A stretch of DNA of 59,094 bases, filler included, from Globobulimina sp. (taxonomy: Eukaryota), in assembly GCA_003354225.1 (NCBI GenBank). It is 11 parts of 11 records of this genome, joined end to end, with 100 filler letters (N's around TTAATTAATTAA, not from the genome) between each part and the next. Parts side by side here need not be neighbours in the genome. Positions count along the whole stretch, not along the records: positions 53,825 to 59,094 come from PIVH01000650.1; 10 more parts are not named here. One strand, written 5' to 3'. The notes beneath the pieces are model-generated. The model searched no databases and was not told where the DNA came from. It was given only the letters and a program-made list of their open reading frames with translations. Shown here piece by piece: positions 58,677 through 59,094 of this stretch (positions are counted from its first letter, which is position 1; each line of letters starts with the position of its first letter). The position numbers and the translations under genes are program-made.

Positions 58677-59094
58677 CTTCAATTATGTGTTTGTTGTTGA
58701 ATTATGATTCTCAATAGATTAGAAACGTAGAATGACGCAACAATTTCTCAATCCTAGTGGACTATGGGGAGGGCATAAAACAATGAAAAACTTTGAATGC
58801 TAAATAAGTCCGCATCATGCACACTCGATACATATCAAAAAGTGCCATCAAAAAAACCAATCATCTGCATTTGTCAGTGTCTTCTATATCATTACTAAGT
58901 AATGTATATTCTTACATATTATACACTGAGCCTTTATCATTTTAACACTTATAACACAGAGTTCCATTTGCAGTCTCGACAAACCTATGCCTCGGCGCTT
59001 GTTACGCGTGGAGTATATTCAATGAACCATTAACAAGAGAATTGGGTGTCATTGTTCTTAAAAAATTCATAGAAGCAACAGAAGACATCGCCAA

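Overview
This window is not one locus. It is 11 unrelated contigs of about 5.3 kb, sorted by decreasing length (1-5299, 5400-10688, 10789-16076, 16177-21460, 21561-26844, 26945-32224, 32325-37603, 37704-42979, 43080-48353, 48454-53724, 53825-59094), joined by artificial 100-nt N-TTAATTAATTAA-N linkers. Ten contigs are AT-rich, gene-dense eukaryotic DNA with short (about 50-130 nt) GT-AG introns. The gene families and intron style suggest a protist, probably a foraminiferan/rhizarian (inference). Many ORF-track pieces are exons that splice in frame. One contig (21561-26844) is a crAss-like/Bacteroidota phage replication module (PolB, DnaB-like helicase, Sak4-like ATPase). Its helicase is split by a complete group I intron carrying a LAGLIDADG endonuclease in the P1 loop. 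Main findings: (1) a spliced eukaryotic ankyrin + RelA/SpoT-type alarmone-synthetase-fold gene; (2) the phage intron; (3) a LINE with an apparent third, stop/start-coupled hydrophobic ORF between ORF1 and ORF2; (4) a nested pair of CAC-ended inverted-repeat elements, the outer with RSS/Transib-like ends; (5) a RING-TRAF ligase with two RPA32-binding-like motifs; (6) a SAM-Rab fusion; (7) a DEDD Piwi. All family calls come from motif recognition by eye; no database search was run.
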